A stretch of 60,915 nucleotides of DNA, from contig DATLOH010000062.1 in NCBI GenBank assembly GCA_035536375.1, positions 1 through 60,915 of the forward strand. The letters run 5' to 3'. Positions 51,313-59,772 of this stretch are shown here, piece after piece. Below the pieces are notes generated by a model. That model saw nothing but the letters and a program-made list of their open reading frames with translations, was not told where the DNA came from and did no database searches. The DNA comes from Acidimicrobiales bacterium (lineage in GTDB: Bacteria > Actinomycetota > Acidimicrobiia > Acidimicrobiales > JACCXE01). The translations under genes and the position numbers were made by a program. Each line of letters begins with the position of its first letter. Within the stretch, counting starts at the first letter, position 1.

Positions 51313-54264
51313 TCAGATCGATTCGATCGCTGCCTCGAGCCGGGCCGCGCATTCGCGAAGGAACGGGACCATGTCGCCGGTGTGCGCTGCGCTGAGCGTT
51401 TCGACGACCTCCGTTCGCAGGTCGACCACTGCCACCGATGCGTCATCGTGAAGCACGCTCGCGGCGCAGGCGCAAACCTGGATCAGACTCTCCGGGTCCG
51501 GATCCACGGCGACCAAAGCGGCCGCGGAGCGCAACCGTTGCGGGCTTTTTGTTGCGCTCGCCATGGCTGCGAGCAATTGAACCTTCTTCGTGGTCGACAG
51601 TGAGTTCAGGAGCGGCTCCGCTTCGGCCAGAAATTGCGGAGCGGCCGGCGAATCGGGATCGCACGCCAGAGCCACCGTGAGGGCCTCGACGACCAAGGCG
51701 GGATCACCCACTGAACGAGCGCTCGCCACGACGTCCTCCCCGGTAAGCCCACCGCCGGTGCGGAGGATGAGCATTTGCGCATGAACCGAACTTGCACGGT
51801 CGTGCAAGGCCTCGAGCCTGAGGAGTGCATCGGCAGCCATAGTCGCAGCGTTGGGTGCTCCCGTGAGTGCCGCAAGGTCGGCGAGATTTCGTACCGCCCA
51901 CGCGACGCCCGCAGAGTCGCCGGCGGCCTCGCTCAGCTCGAGAGAGGACTCGTACAGCATGCGTGCAGCGGCGAACCGGCCGTGCGCCCATTCGACCGCG
52001 CCCAGCGTGAGTTGCGCGGCAGCGAGGGCGACCTGGTCGCCCAACTCGGCCCACAATTCGAGCGCTTCGTTCAAGTACAACTCCGCCTCATTTAGGGCCC
52101 CGCGCGTGTACGCAATTCCGCCAGCGGAGGTGAGCCCGACGGCTAACGCGTGCCCGCCGGGCCCGCGAGCGAGCCGCACGGACTCGCTGGTGAGCGCCAG
52201 AGCCTCCTGGCCGGAGAGCTCAAGATTGGCTTGCCGCGAGAGACACCACGCCTGCTGTCCGAGGAAGGTCTCATGATGCCTCTGCCTGGCATCTTCATCG
52301 AGGTCCGCGCCCCATATGTGGATGTCGCTGTCAATCTCTGCGAACAGTGCTGCGGCTGAGGAGTACGACGCGGCGGCGGCCTCCTTGCGGCCGAGGTGCT
52401 CCTGAACATTCGCAAGATTCACAAGTGCGGACGCGCGCCACCCACGCCGCACCGGCGGTGTTGCGAGCACGCTCTCAATCCACTCCGCTGCCTCGCGCCA
52501 ATATCCCCGGCGAACCGTTAATCGGTGTAGCGCCAACACCAAGCGGTATCTCGCATCCTCATCGAGTGACTCGCCCGCCCAATCGATCGCCCGTCGGAAA
52601 TTCGGAAGCTCGCGCTCAAGGACGTCGAGTGCACTGGCGCCAGTGGAGTTGTAGTCAGGCGACACCCCTTCCGCCAGCGCAAGAAACCACGCCTGATGGC
52701 GCTGTGGAATAAAGCGAGCGTCTCCGCCTTCGTTCAGCCGCTCGGCGGCGAACTCGCGCACGACCTCGAGCAGCCGATATCGAAACTCGGCTCCGTCGTC
52801 GTCGGCCTGCACGAGCGATTGCGCGACGAGCTCGCCGAGCACGTCGAACACAGCGAAGGCGTCGAGTCGCTCGTCGGCGCACACACCCTCGGCGGCGTCG
52901 AGCGTGAACCCGCCGAGGAACACCGACAGCCGGCGCAGCAGCCGTCGCTGCTCGGGCGTCAAGAGATCGTGGCTCCACTCGATCGTGGCCCGCATCGTTC
53001 GTTGGCGATCGGGTGCGCCCGACTCCGCCGCGGCCACAGAGAGGCGGTCCGTCAGCGCGTCAGCGAGCGCGGCGATGCTCGGCATCTCCTTGACCCGCGC
53101 CGCGGTCATCTCGATCGCGAGAGGAATGCCGTCGAGTTGCTCACACAACCGCTCGACGGCCGCGCGCTCGGCGTCGTCGAACCCGCGCAAGGGTTCGGCG
53201 ACGCGCACTCGGTCGACGAAAAGCTCGAGCGCGGTGTCGCGGTCGAGCGGGGGGACTCGCCAAACGCGCTCACCGGGAGTGCCGATCGGCTGACGACTCG
53301 TAATGAGCACACACACGTCGGGCGCGGCACCGAGGACAGCGGTCACGAGCGCACTCGCGGCGCTTGCGACGTGCTCGCAGTTGTCGAGCACGAGCAGCGT
53401 CGTCGTCGAGCGGAGCTGATCGGCCACGACTTCCGCAGGCGAGCGCACGGGGTCGTCCTTCGCGCCGACCGCATCGGCGACGGCTCGCCCGACATCGCCC
53501 TCGTTGCGGGCGGCGGTGAAGTCGACGAACCAGACGCCGTCGGAGAACCGATCCACGAGCTTCGCAGCAACTTCGCGGGCGATGCGGGTCTTGCCGACGC
53601 CGCCCGAGCCGGTGATGGTCACGAGCCGCTGCGTGCGCAGAAGGTCGACGATTGCCTTTTGCTCATCGGTGCGGCCGACGAAGGCCGTCGTTGCCTCCGT
53701 GAGGTTGTTGCGGATGACGTCGAGTGAGCGCAGCGGCGGAAATTGGTCGAGCAGTCCGTCGCCGCACACCTGGTACACGTGTTCTGGTGCGGCGAGGTCC
53801 TTGAGGCGGTGCGTGCCCAAGTCGCGCAGTTCGATGCCGTCGGGCAGCTGCTCGATCGCCGTCACGACAGATTCCGACAGCACGATCTGCGCACCGTGGG
53901 CGAGGGCGCGCAACCGCACACCACGGTTTACGACCGGTCCGTAGTACTGCCCGTCTCGTTGCTCTGCCGGACCGGTGTGGAGCGCGGCGCGTACGCGTAC
54001 GGTGAGCCCGTCGGGCCAGGGCTCGGCGTCGATGGCCCGCTGCAACGCGACAGCGGCCGCCACTGCGGTCGCAGCGTCGTCAAAGGCCGCGAACGAGCTG
54101 TCGCCTTCTGCTCGGTCGCGGAACACGGTTCCGGTTCCGCCGACGACCTCGTCAACGAGCGCGTCGTGGCGCACGTTGATACGCCGCATGGCATCGGGCA
54201 GGGTCTCCCAGAGACGCGTCGAACCCTCGACGTCAGTCAGCAGAAAAGTGACGGCCTCGCTCAT
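51313..54264 (-). CDS. class III adenylate/guanylate cyclase - NB-ARC/AAA ATPase - TPR protein (STAND architecture, no C-terminal HTH)
   Basis: FLLTDVEGST, EGDSSFAAF and GPVVNRGVRL cyclase motifs. Walker A TGSGGVGKTRIA and Walker B LLVLDNCEH. A long helical/TPR-like C-terminal half. Confidence 0.85.
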   Translation of the reverse strand: MSEAVTFLLTDVEGSTRLWETLPDAMRRINVRHDALVDEVVGGTGTVFRDRAEGDSSFAAFDDAATAVAAAVALQRAIDAEPWPDGLTVRVRAALHTGPAEQRDGQYYGPVVNRGVRLRALAHGAQIVLSESVVTAIEQLPDGIELRDLGTHRLKDLAAPEHVYQVCGDGLLDQFPPLRSLDVIRNNLTEATTAFVGRTDEQKAIVDLLRTQRLVTITGSGGVGKTRIAREVAAKLVDRFSDGVWFVDFTAARNEGDVGRAVADAVGAKDDPVRSPAEVVADQLRSTTTLLVLDNCEHVASAASALVTAVLGAAPDVCVLITSRQPIGTPGERVWRVPPLDRDTALELFVDRVRVAEPLRGFDDAERAAVERLCEQLDGIPLAIEMTAARVKEMPSIAALADALTDRLSVAAAESGAPDRQRTMRATIEWSHDLLTPEQRRLLRRLSVFLGGFTLDAAEGVCADERLDAFAVFDVLGELVAQSLVQADDDGAEFRYRLLEVVREFAAERLNEGGDARFIPQRHQAWFLALAEGVSPDYNSTGASALDVLERELPNFRRAIDWAGESLDEDARYRLVLALHRLTVRRGYWREAAEWIESVLATPPVRRGWRASALVNLANVQEHLGRKEAAAASYSSAAALFAEIDSDIHIWGADLDEDARQRHHETFLGQQAWCLSRQANLELSGQEALALTSESVRLARGPGGHALAVGLTSAGGIAYTRGALNEAELYLNEALELWAELGDQVALAAAQLTLGAVEWAHGRFAAARMLYESSLELSEAAGDSAGVAWAVRNLADLAALTGAPNAATMAADALLRLEALHDRASSVHAQMLILRTGGGLTGEDVVASARSVGDPALVVEALTVALACDPDSPAAPQFLAEAEPLLNSLSTTKKVQLLAAMASATKSPQRLRSAAALVAVDPDPESLIQVCACAASVLHDDASVAVVDLRTEVVETLSAAHTGDMVPFLRECAARLEAAIESI

Positions 54265-54285
54265 GACGCGAGCGGCCGCCCTGCG

Positions 54286-54840
54286 CTAGTTGGCGGCGCT
54301 GCGGGTGAGGACGAGCGCAGGCTCGGCGTTGAAGTCGCCCTGGCGGGGCAGGAAGCGGAGCTTCTGCTCGCGCTCGGTGGCGACCGAGCGCATGCGCACC
54401 AGCAGTGCGCAGTAGCCGGCGAACAGCACGTCGGTGATCACGTGGGCGACGAGCAGCAGGCGCAACGGCGGCAGGAGGCCGAGCACGAGCGTGGCGACCA
54501 TGAGACCGAGCAGACCCACGAGCACGACCTTGCGGCGCTCCTGGGCCCGGCGGCGGCTGAGATCAGCGGCCCGCATGGTGACCGGCGCGCCGTAGTACGG
54601 CGTCGCCACCGGCGGGATGGTCTGGCCGACCGGCGCGAGGCCGTGCGGGGTGGTGCGGTGAAGAACACGGAGGTGCCGCCGGAACTGACTGATGGAGTCG
54701 CTGGGTCGGCCGTCCGCACGGCTGCGCAACATCGGCGGAACGAGGACCGCCGCCCATACGACTGCGAGGATCAGCAGTACCACGATCGTCAAGCTCCTCG
54801 GCCTACTTTCGGTGTCGGGGACCGTACGCGACCCACCCAC
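54286..54840 (-). CDS. hypothetical membrane protein (N-terminal TM, basic linker, two C-terminal TMs)
   Basis: LTIVVLLILAVVWAAVLVPPML...VVLVGLLGLMVATLVLGLLPPLRLLLVAHVITDVLFAGYCALLV. GTG 54840 start is uncertain; an internal GTG preceded by GAGGAG is also possible. Confidence 0.6.
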   Translation of the reverse strand: MGGSRTVPDTESRPRSLTIVVLLILAVVWAAVLVPPMLRSRADGRPSDSISQFRRHLRVLHRTTPHGLAPVGQTIPPVATPYYGAPVTMRAADLSRRRAQERRKVVLVGLLGLMVATLVLGLLPPLRLLLVAHVITDVLFAGYCALLVRMRSVATEREQKLRFLPRQGDFNAEPALVLTRSAAN

Positions 54841-54920
54841 TCCAGCGGTGGATGGTCGATGGCCCAGCGGATCTCTCGCTACTTGCTACTACGCCACACG
54901 GGACCCGGTCCAATGGCGCT

Positions 54921-54949
54921 AGCAAAAGTTAGCACTGCGGGGACAGTGC
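54921..54949 (-). terminator. weak hairpin + T-run downstream of moaC
   Basis: Minus strand GCACTG TCCCCG CAGTGC TAACTTTTG. The stem is only 6 bp. Confidence 0.3.
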
Positions 54950-54959
54950 CGGAGAATCG

Positions 54960-55442
54960 TTACAGCGCGGGCCGCTTCCAGATGCCGGACCGCCCGCCGG
55001 TCTTCTCCCACAGCGCGAGCTCGCCGATCGTCATGCCCCGGTCCATCGATTTGCACATGTCGTAGACGGTCAGCGCGGCGACGTTGCATGCCATCAGGGC
55101 CTCCATCTCGACGCCGGTGCGATCGATCGTTTCGACCTGGGCCTCGACCTCGACGTGGTCGTCGCCGATCATGAAGTTCACGTTCACCGCGCCCACGAGC
55201 AGCGGATGACAGAGGGGGATGAGGTCGGGCGTGCGCTTGGCCGCCTGGATGCCGGCGATGCGGGCGGCTGCGAGCACGTCGCCTTTGCTGACGGCGTTCG
55301 ACGCAATCATCGCAGTGGTGTCGGCGGCCATGAACACCTTGCACCGGGCAAGCGCCCGACGATGGGTGGCCTCTTTTGGCGTGACGTCGACCATGCGCGC
55401 CCGGCCCAGAGGATCAAGGTGCGAGAAACCGCGCTCAGCCAT
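54960..55442 (-). CDS. moaC: cyclic pyranopterin monophosphate synthase
   Basis: MVDVTPKEATHRRA, GDVLAAARIAGIQAAKRTPDLIPLCHPL, VEMEALMACNVAALTVYDMCK. Confidence 0.95.
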   Translation of the reverse strand: MAERGFSHLDPLGRARMVDVTPKEATHRRALARCKVFMAADTTAMIASNAVSKGDVLAAARIAGIQAAKRTPDLIPLCHPLLVGAVNVNFMIGDDHVEVEAQVETIDRTGVEMEALMACNVAALTVYDMCKSMDRGMTIGELALWEKTGGRSGIWKRPAL

Positions 55443-55487
55443 CCGGTGAGTCTACGCGGCCGGGTCGCAGGTGCCGCCGTGCCGGTG

Positions 55488-56612
55488 TTATCCGCCGATC
55501 TGCGACATCGACCGGCCCGGGCGGATGAAGTCCACGCGGCCGATGTGGTGACCCTCCCATTTGCGGCTGACGTCGCCGGCGATGGCGGCAGCGAGCGCAT
55601 CGTCGTCCGCTCCCCCACGAAGCAGGGTCCGCAGGTCGGTCTCATGAAGCGCGAAGAGGCAGTTCCGGAACATGCCCTCGGCGGTCATGCGCACGCGGTC
55701 GCAGTCGCCGCAGAACGGCTTCGTCACGGACGCAATCGCGCCGATCTCGCCCCTCCCGTCGCGATAGCGCCAAAGCGCGGCGGGCGCACCGTGGCGCGCT
55801 ACGGCTTCGAGCGGGTACACGGCGTCGATCGCCGCCACAGTTTCGTCGGCGGGCACTACCGAGGACCGGTCCCACGCACCCTGCGCGTCAAGGGGCATGA
55901 ACTCGATGAATCGCACCTGCAGGCCGTGTGTACGGCCGAAGGTCGCGAAGTCGAGGGCCTCGTCGTCGTTCACGCCGCGTACGAGGACCACGTTGAGCTT
56001 GACCGGCGCGAGTCCTGCGTCGACTGCCGCAGTGATGCCGTGGAGCACCGTGTCGAGCGACGGTCGGCCCGTGATGGCCGCGAACCGGTCGGGACGCAGG
56101 CTGTCGATCGAGACGTTGACCCGCGCCAACCCGGCGGCGGCGAGGTCGTGCGCCGCGTGAGCGAGCGTCGCACCGTTCGTGGTCATCGACACCTCGGCCC
56201 CGAGCGTGGACAGGCGGCGCACGAGCGCGGGCAGGTGCGCTCGCATGGTCGGCTCGCCGCCCGTAATCCGAACAGCGTCGAACCCAAAGCGCTCGACACA
56301 GACCCGCGCCACACGCTCGATCTCGTCGAAGGACAGCACATCCGTGCGGTCGAGCCATTGCATGCCCTCGGCCGGCATGCAGTAGGTGCAGCGGAAATTG
56401 CAGCGGTCGGTGACGGAGACGCGCAGGTCCCGAACAGTGCGGCCGAACGAGTCGACGAGGTCGGCGGGGGAAGGCGCTGCTATCGGAGCAGCATGACACT
56501 GACCTCGTCGCCGGCGGCTGCGCCCTCGCCATCGGGAATGAGCGCGAGCGCGTTGGCTGCCGCCATCGCCGACAGCACATGACTGGCCTGAGCGCCGGCC
56601 TCGACGACGCAT
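55488..56612 (-). CDS. moaA: GTP 3',8-cyclase (radical SAM)
   Basis: LRVSVTDRCNFRCTYCMP CxxxCxxC cluster, GGEPT, MTTNG. The start is problematic (see finding): the only ATG/GTG/TTG/CTG in frame is ATG 56612, 133 nt inside moeA. Confidence 0.88.
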   Translation of the reverse strand: MRRRGRRSGQSCAVGDGGSQRARAHSRWRGRSRRRRGQCHAAPIAAPSPADLVDSFGRTVRDLRVSVTDRCNFRCTYCMPAEGMQWLDRTDVLSFDEIERVARVCVERFGFDAVRITGGEPTMRAHLPALVRRLSTLGAEVSMTTNGATLAHAAHDLAAAGLARVNVSIDSLRPDRFAAITGRPSLDTVLHGITAAVDAGLAPVKLNVVLVRGVNDDEALDFATFGRTHGLQVRFIEFMPLDAQGAWDRSSVVPADETVAAIDAVYPLEAVARHGAPAALWRYRDGRGEIGAIASVTKPFCGDCDRVRMTAEGMFRNCLFALHETDLRTLLRGGADDDALAAAIAGDVSRKWEGHHIGRVDFIRPGRSMSQIGG

Positions 56613-57673
56613 AGTTGTCCGTGATCGTCGTGGGACGCGATGACGCGCAGGAGGTGGAGTTTGCCGTCGGGCGCCCGCGTCATCGCCTCAGTTGCGCAGG
56701 CGGTCACGACTGGGCGGAATAGCTGGTTGTCGCCGTAACCGGCCAAGCGACGGATCAGCGGACGGGCGAAGAGCTCGTAGCTCACGAGAGCCGAAACCGG
56801 GTTGCCGGGAAGCCCGATCACCGGCGTGCCGTCGATGTGGCCCATGGCGACGGGCTTCGCCGGCTTGATCGCCACCTGAAACGACGTGAGCCGCGTCTTG
56901 ATCAGATCGTGATCACCCATGCTGACACCGCCAGTCGAAAGCACGAGATCGCACGACGCGGCCGCTGCCGCGAGGGCATCATCCAGGGCCTCACCCTCGT
57001 CGGGCACGGCGCCGAGATCGCGCGTGCGGACCCCCTCGGCGCGCAGCGTGGCGAGCAACGCCGGGCGGTTCGCGTCGCGGATCTGGCCCGGGCCGAGCAG
57101 CTGCGGCGGATCGACCAGCTCGTCCCCGCTCGAGAGCACACCAACAAGCGGCGGGCGGTACACGCAGACTTCGGCGCAGCCTGCGGCCGCGAGAAGGCCG
57201 GCGTGCGCGGGTTGAACGATCTCGCCGGCGCGCAGCACTGTCGCCCCGTCGCCGAGATCCGTGCCCGCTTCTCGCACGAACAGGCCGCGCTCGACCGCCA
57301 CCTGTATCTCCACGGTCGGCGGCTCGGTGTCGCGCGCCGCCGTGCGCTCGACCATCACGATCGCGTCCGCGCCTGCAGGGATCGGCGCGCCGGTCATCAC
57401 CCGCATGGCCGTCCCCGGCTCGACCCTGCGCGTCGTAACTGAGCCGGCTGCGATGGTGTCGACGACGACGAGCGCGACGGGCGCGTTGGCCGTGTCCTCC
57501 GCGCGCACTGCGTAGCCGTCCATGGCCGAGTTCGCGAACGGTGGCACGGGCCCTTCGGTGACGACATCCTTCGCGAGGACGCATCCGACCGCGTCCAGAA
57601 GTGCTACCTCGACCACACGAGGCGGCCGCGCGAGCGCGAGGGCATGCGCCTGCGCCTCGGCGAGAGAAATCAC
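56480..57673 (-). CDS. moeA: molybdopterin molybdotransferase (MoeA / gephyrin E-domain family)
   Basis: PPFANSAMDGYAVR, GDELV, LSTGGVSMGDHDL, GLPGNPVSA. GTG start overlaps the galU stop (GTGA). Confidence 0.9.
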   Translation of the reverse strand: MISLAEAQAHALALARPPRVVEVALLDAVGCVLAKDVVTEGPVPPFANSAMDGYAVRAEDTANAPVALVVVDTIAAGSVTTRRVEPGTAMRVMTGAPIPAGADAIVMVERTAARDTEPPTVEIQVAVERGLFVREAGTDLGDGATVLRAGEIVQPAHAGLLAAAGCAEVCVYRPPLVGVLSSGDELVDPPQLLGPGQIRDANRPALLATLRAEGVRTRDLGAVPDEGEALDDALAAAAASCDLVLSTGGVSMGDHDLIKTRLTSFQVAIKPAKPVAMGHIDGTPVIGLPGNPVSALVSYELFARPLIRRLAGYGDNQLFRPVVTACATEAMTRAPDGKLHLLRVIASHDDHGQLCVVEAGAQASHVLSAMAAANALALIPDGEGAAAGDEVSVMLLR

Positions 57674-58578
57674 AACGCCGGCGACTCCTTGGTCGCGCCG
57701 CGCTCGCGGTCGACGATCTCGTACAGCACACGGCGAAAGTCGTCGCCGAGGTCCTCGCGACCCAGGGCGAGCTCGACTGTGGCGCGCAGGAAGTCCACCT
57801 TGTTGCCTGCGTCATACCGGTCGCGCGTGAACGTCCACCCGAGCGCGCCTTCGCCGGCCAGGACGAGATGAATGGCGTCGGTGAGCTGGAGCTCACCGCC
57901 GGCGCCGGGCTCGATGCGGTCGAGTGCTTCGAAGATCGCCGGCGTGAACACGTAGCGGCCCACAGCCGCAAGGTTCGACGGTTCGGTGCCAGGCGGCGGC
58001 TTCTCGATGATGTTGTCGATGCGCACGAGATTCCCGTCGAGCTCGCTCACCGCGGCGATTCCGTAAAGGCGGGCGTCCGCGGTCGGAACTTCGCGCAGCG
58101 CAACCACCGATTTCTGATGTGTTTCGTGTGCTTCGAGCATGCTGGACAACACGGTGCTGTCGGGCCGGTAGAGGTCATCGCCCAGGAGCACCGCGAACGG
58201 CTCGTCACCGACAGCTGCGCGCGCCATGGACACGGCATGGCCGAGCCCGAGCGGCTCGTGCTGTACGACGAGCTCGATGTCGGCCAGCTCGGCGATCGCT
58301 CGCACGGTGGCGACGTCCGCGTGCTTGCCGACCGCCTCGAGCGCGCGCTCGAGATCGAGGTTGCGTCCGAAGTGCGCGCCGAGCACCTCCGCTCCCGGGC
58401 TCACGACCATGACGATGTCGCGCAGACCGACGCGCACCGCTTCCTCGACCACGTACTGCAGCGCGGGTTTGTCGATGAGGGTGAGCATCCCTTTCGGCTG
58501 CGCTTTCGTGGCCGGGAGGAACCGGGTGCCGAGGCCGGCGGCGGGGATGACCGCTTTGCGGGGTCGTTGGTGAGTCAT
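57670..58578 (-). CDS. galU: UTP--glucose-1-phosphate uridylyltransferase
   Basis: KAVIPAAGLGTRFLPATKAQPKGML..DKPALQYVVEEA. Start ATG 58578 overlaps the plsY stop (ATGA). Confidence 0.9.
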   Translation of the reverse strand: MTHQRPRKAVIPAAGLGTRFLPATKAQPKGMLTLIDKPALQYVVEEAVRVGLRDIVMVVSPGAEVLGAHFGRNLDLERALEAVGKHADVATVRAIAELADIELVVQHEPLGLGHAVSMARAAVGDEPFAVLLGDDLYRPDSTVLSSMLEAHETHQKSVVALREVPTADARLYGIAAVSELDGNLVRIDNIIEKPPPGTEPSNLAAVGRYVFTPAIFEALDRIEPGAGGELQLTDAIHLVLAGEGALGWTFTRDRYDAGNKVDFLRATVELALGREDLGDDFRRVLYEIVDRERGATKESPAL

Positions 58579-59195
58579 CGGGTGGGCGAGCGCAGCTCGA
58601 TCTCCTCGCCGCGCACGAGGCGGGCGATGTTGCGGGAGTGGCGCGCGACCACGAGTGCCGCCACTGCGGCGATCGCCGCAACTTCCGTGCCGGGGCGACC
58701 GCTTGCGGCGACGCCGAGCGGCAATCCGACAAGCGCGAGGACCGAGGCGAGCGAGGCCTTCTTGAGCGCGCCGGTGACGACGATCCAAAGCACTGCGAGC
58801 ACGGACGCGACCAGCGGGAACAGCACGATGGCCATGCCGCCGGCAGTGGCGACGCCCTTGCCGCCGCGAAAGCGCCGAGTCGCGGGAAAGCAGTGGCCGA
58901 CGACCGCCGCGGCGCCGGCCGCTAGCGCGAGGCTGCGTCCTCCGAGGAGGTATCCCATCGTTGCGGCGGCCGCGCCTTTGACCAGGTCGCCGACGAGCAC
59001 GATGCCGCCAGCGCGCGCGCCGGCGATTCTGTAGACGTTGGTGGCGCCGGGGTTGCCAGATCCCTCCGCGAGGACGTCGCGACCCCGGGCCGTGGCGACG
59101 AGCGTGGCCGTCGGGTAGGTGCCAAGCAGATATGCGGCCGCAACCACCGCCGCTTCGCCGAACACGACCACGATCCTAGGAGCGTGGTCGTTCAC
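58575..59195 (-). CDS. plsY: glycerol-3-phosphate acyltransferase PlsY
   Basis: SGNPGATNV motif, HCFP..RFRGGKGVAT, and multiple TM helices. Start is GTG 59195 or GTG 59171. Confidence 0.85.
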   Translation of the reverse strand: MNDHAPRIVVVFGEAAVVAAAYLLGTYPTATLVATARGRDVLAEGSGNPGATNVYRIAGARAGGIVLVGDLVKGAAAATMGYLLGGRSLALAAGAAAVVGHCFPATRRFRGGKGVATAGGMAIVLFPLVASVLAVLWIVVTGALKKASLASVLALVGLPLGVAASGRPGTEVAAIAAVAALVVARHSRNIARLVRGEEIELRSPTR

Positions 59196-59304
59196 TACGA
59201 ACCCAGGCCGAATTGCCGAGTTTGCTGCGCCGCCCGCATCGACGTCGCACCGCGCCGCTTCGCGGCGAACGATGAACGACCACGATCCTACGAGCACAGG
59301 TACA

Positions 59305-59331
59305 CTGGCACTCTCACCCGCCGAGTGCCAG
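59305..59331 (+). promoter_or_regulatory. CIRCE-type operator (HrcA binding site) upstream of the FmdB/Ruc-like gene
   Basis: CTGGCACTC-tcacccgcc-GAGTGCCAG is a perfect 9-nt inverted repeat with a 9-nt spacer (CIRCE consensus TTAGCACTC-N9-GAGTGCTAA). It is overlapped at its 5' edge by a TACACT -10-like hexamer (59301-59306) and lies 54 nt before the ATG. Confidence 0.8.
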
Positions 59332-59385
59332 CATCCGCGCTGTCACGCCAGCGCCTTTCGTCGAACTCCGGAGTCGTTTTCGCTG

Positions 59386-59748
59386 ATGCCCACCTACGAG
59401 TACGAATGCAAGAAGTGCGGGGAGCGGCTCGAGGTCGTGCAGTCGTTCTCCGACGACCCGCTGAAGAAGCACAAGGGCTGCGGGGGTGCGTTGCGCAAGG
59501 TCTTCGGGTCGATCGGCATCACGTTCAAGGGAAGCGGCTTCTACAAGACAGACAGCCGGTCGTCGTCGAAATCGGGATCGTCGGCGAAGTCGGGCTCGTC
59601 TTCAGAGTCCTCGTCGGCGGCTTCCTCGTCTTCGTCTTCGGGTGACGGCGCGAACGGCAAATCGTCGACGCCGTCCGACGCCAAGCCGTCGTCGACCAAG
59701 CCGAAGGACAGCGGATCGTCGTCGTCGTCGAGCGCCGCCGCGTCGTGA
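59386..59748 (+). CDS. FmdB-family zinc-ribbon protein with Ser-rich disordered tail (Rv0991c/Ruc-like)
   Basis: MPTYEYECKKCGERLEVVQSFSDDPLKKHKGCGGALRKVF (CxxC...CxxC-type ribbon), then GSGFYKTDSR and a poly-Ser tail. Confidence 0.85.
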   Translation: MPTYEYECKKCGERLEVVQSFSDDPLKKHKGCGGALRKVFGSIGITFKGSGFYKTDSRSSSKSGSSAKSGSSSESSSAASSSSSSGDGANGKSSTPSDAKPSSTKPKDSGSSSSSSAAAS

Positions 59749-59772
59749 CCGCAACGCGGTGAAGCGCACGTC

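Noticed and set aside
51313-54264. Cyclase plus a downstream small TM protein as a Pycsar/CBASS-like cyclic-nucleotide defence pair.
   Set aside because: The small proteins have no cyclic-nucleotide-binding, TIR, nuclease or pore-forming effector signature. The cyclase belongs to the large actinobacterial regulatory AC-ATPase-TPR class. The idea is retained only as a caveat in the STAND finding.
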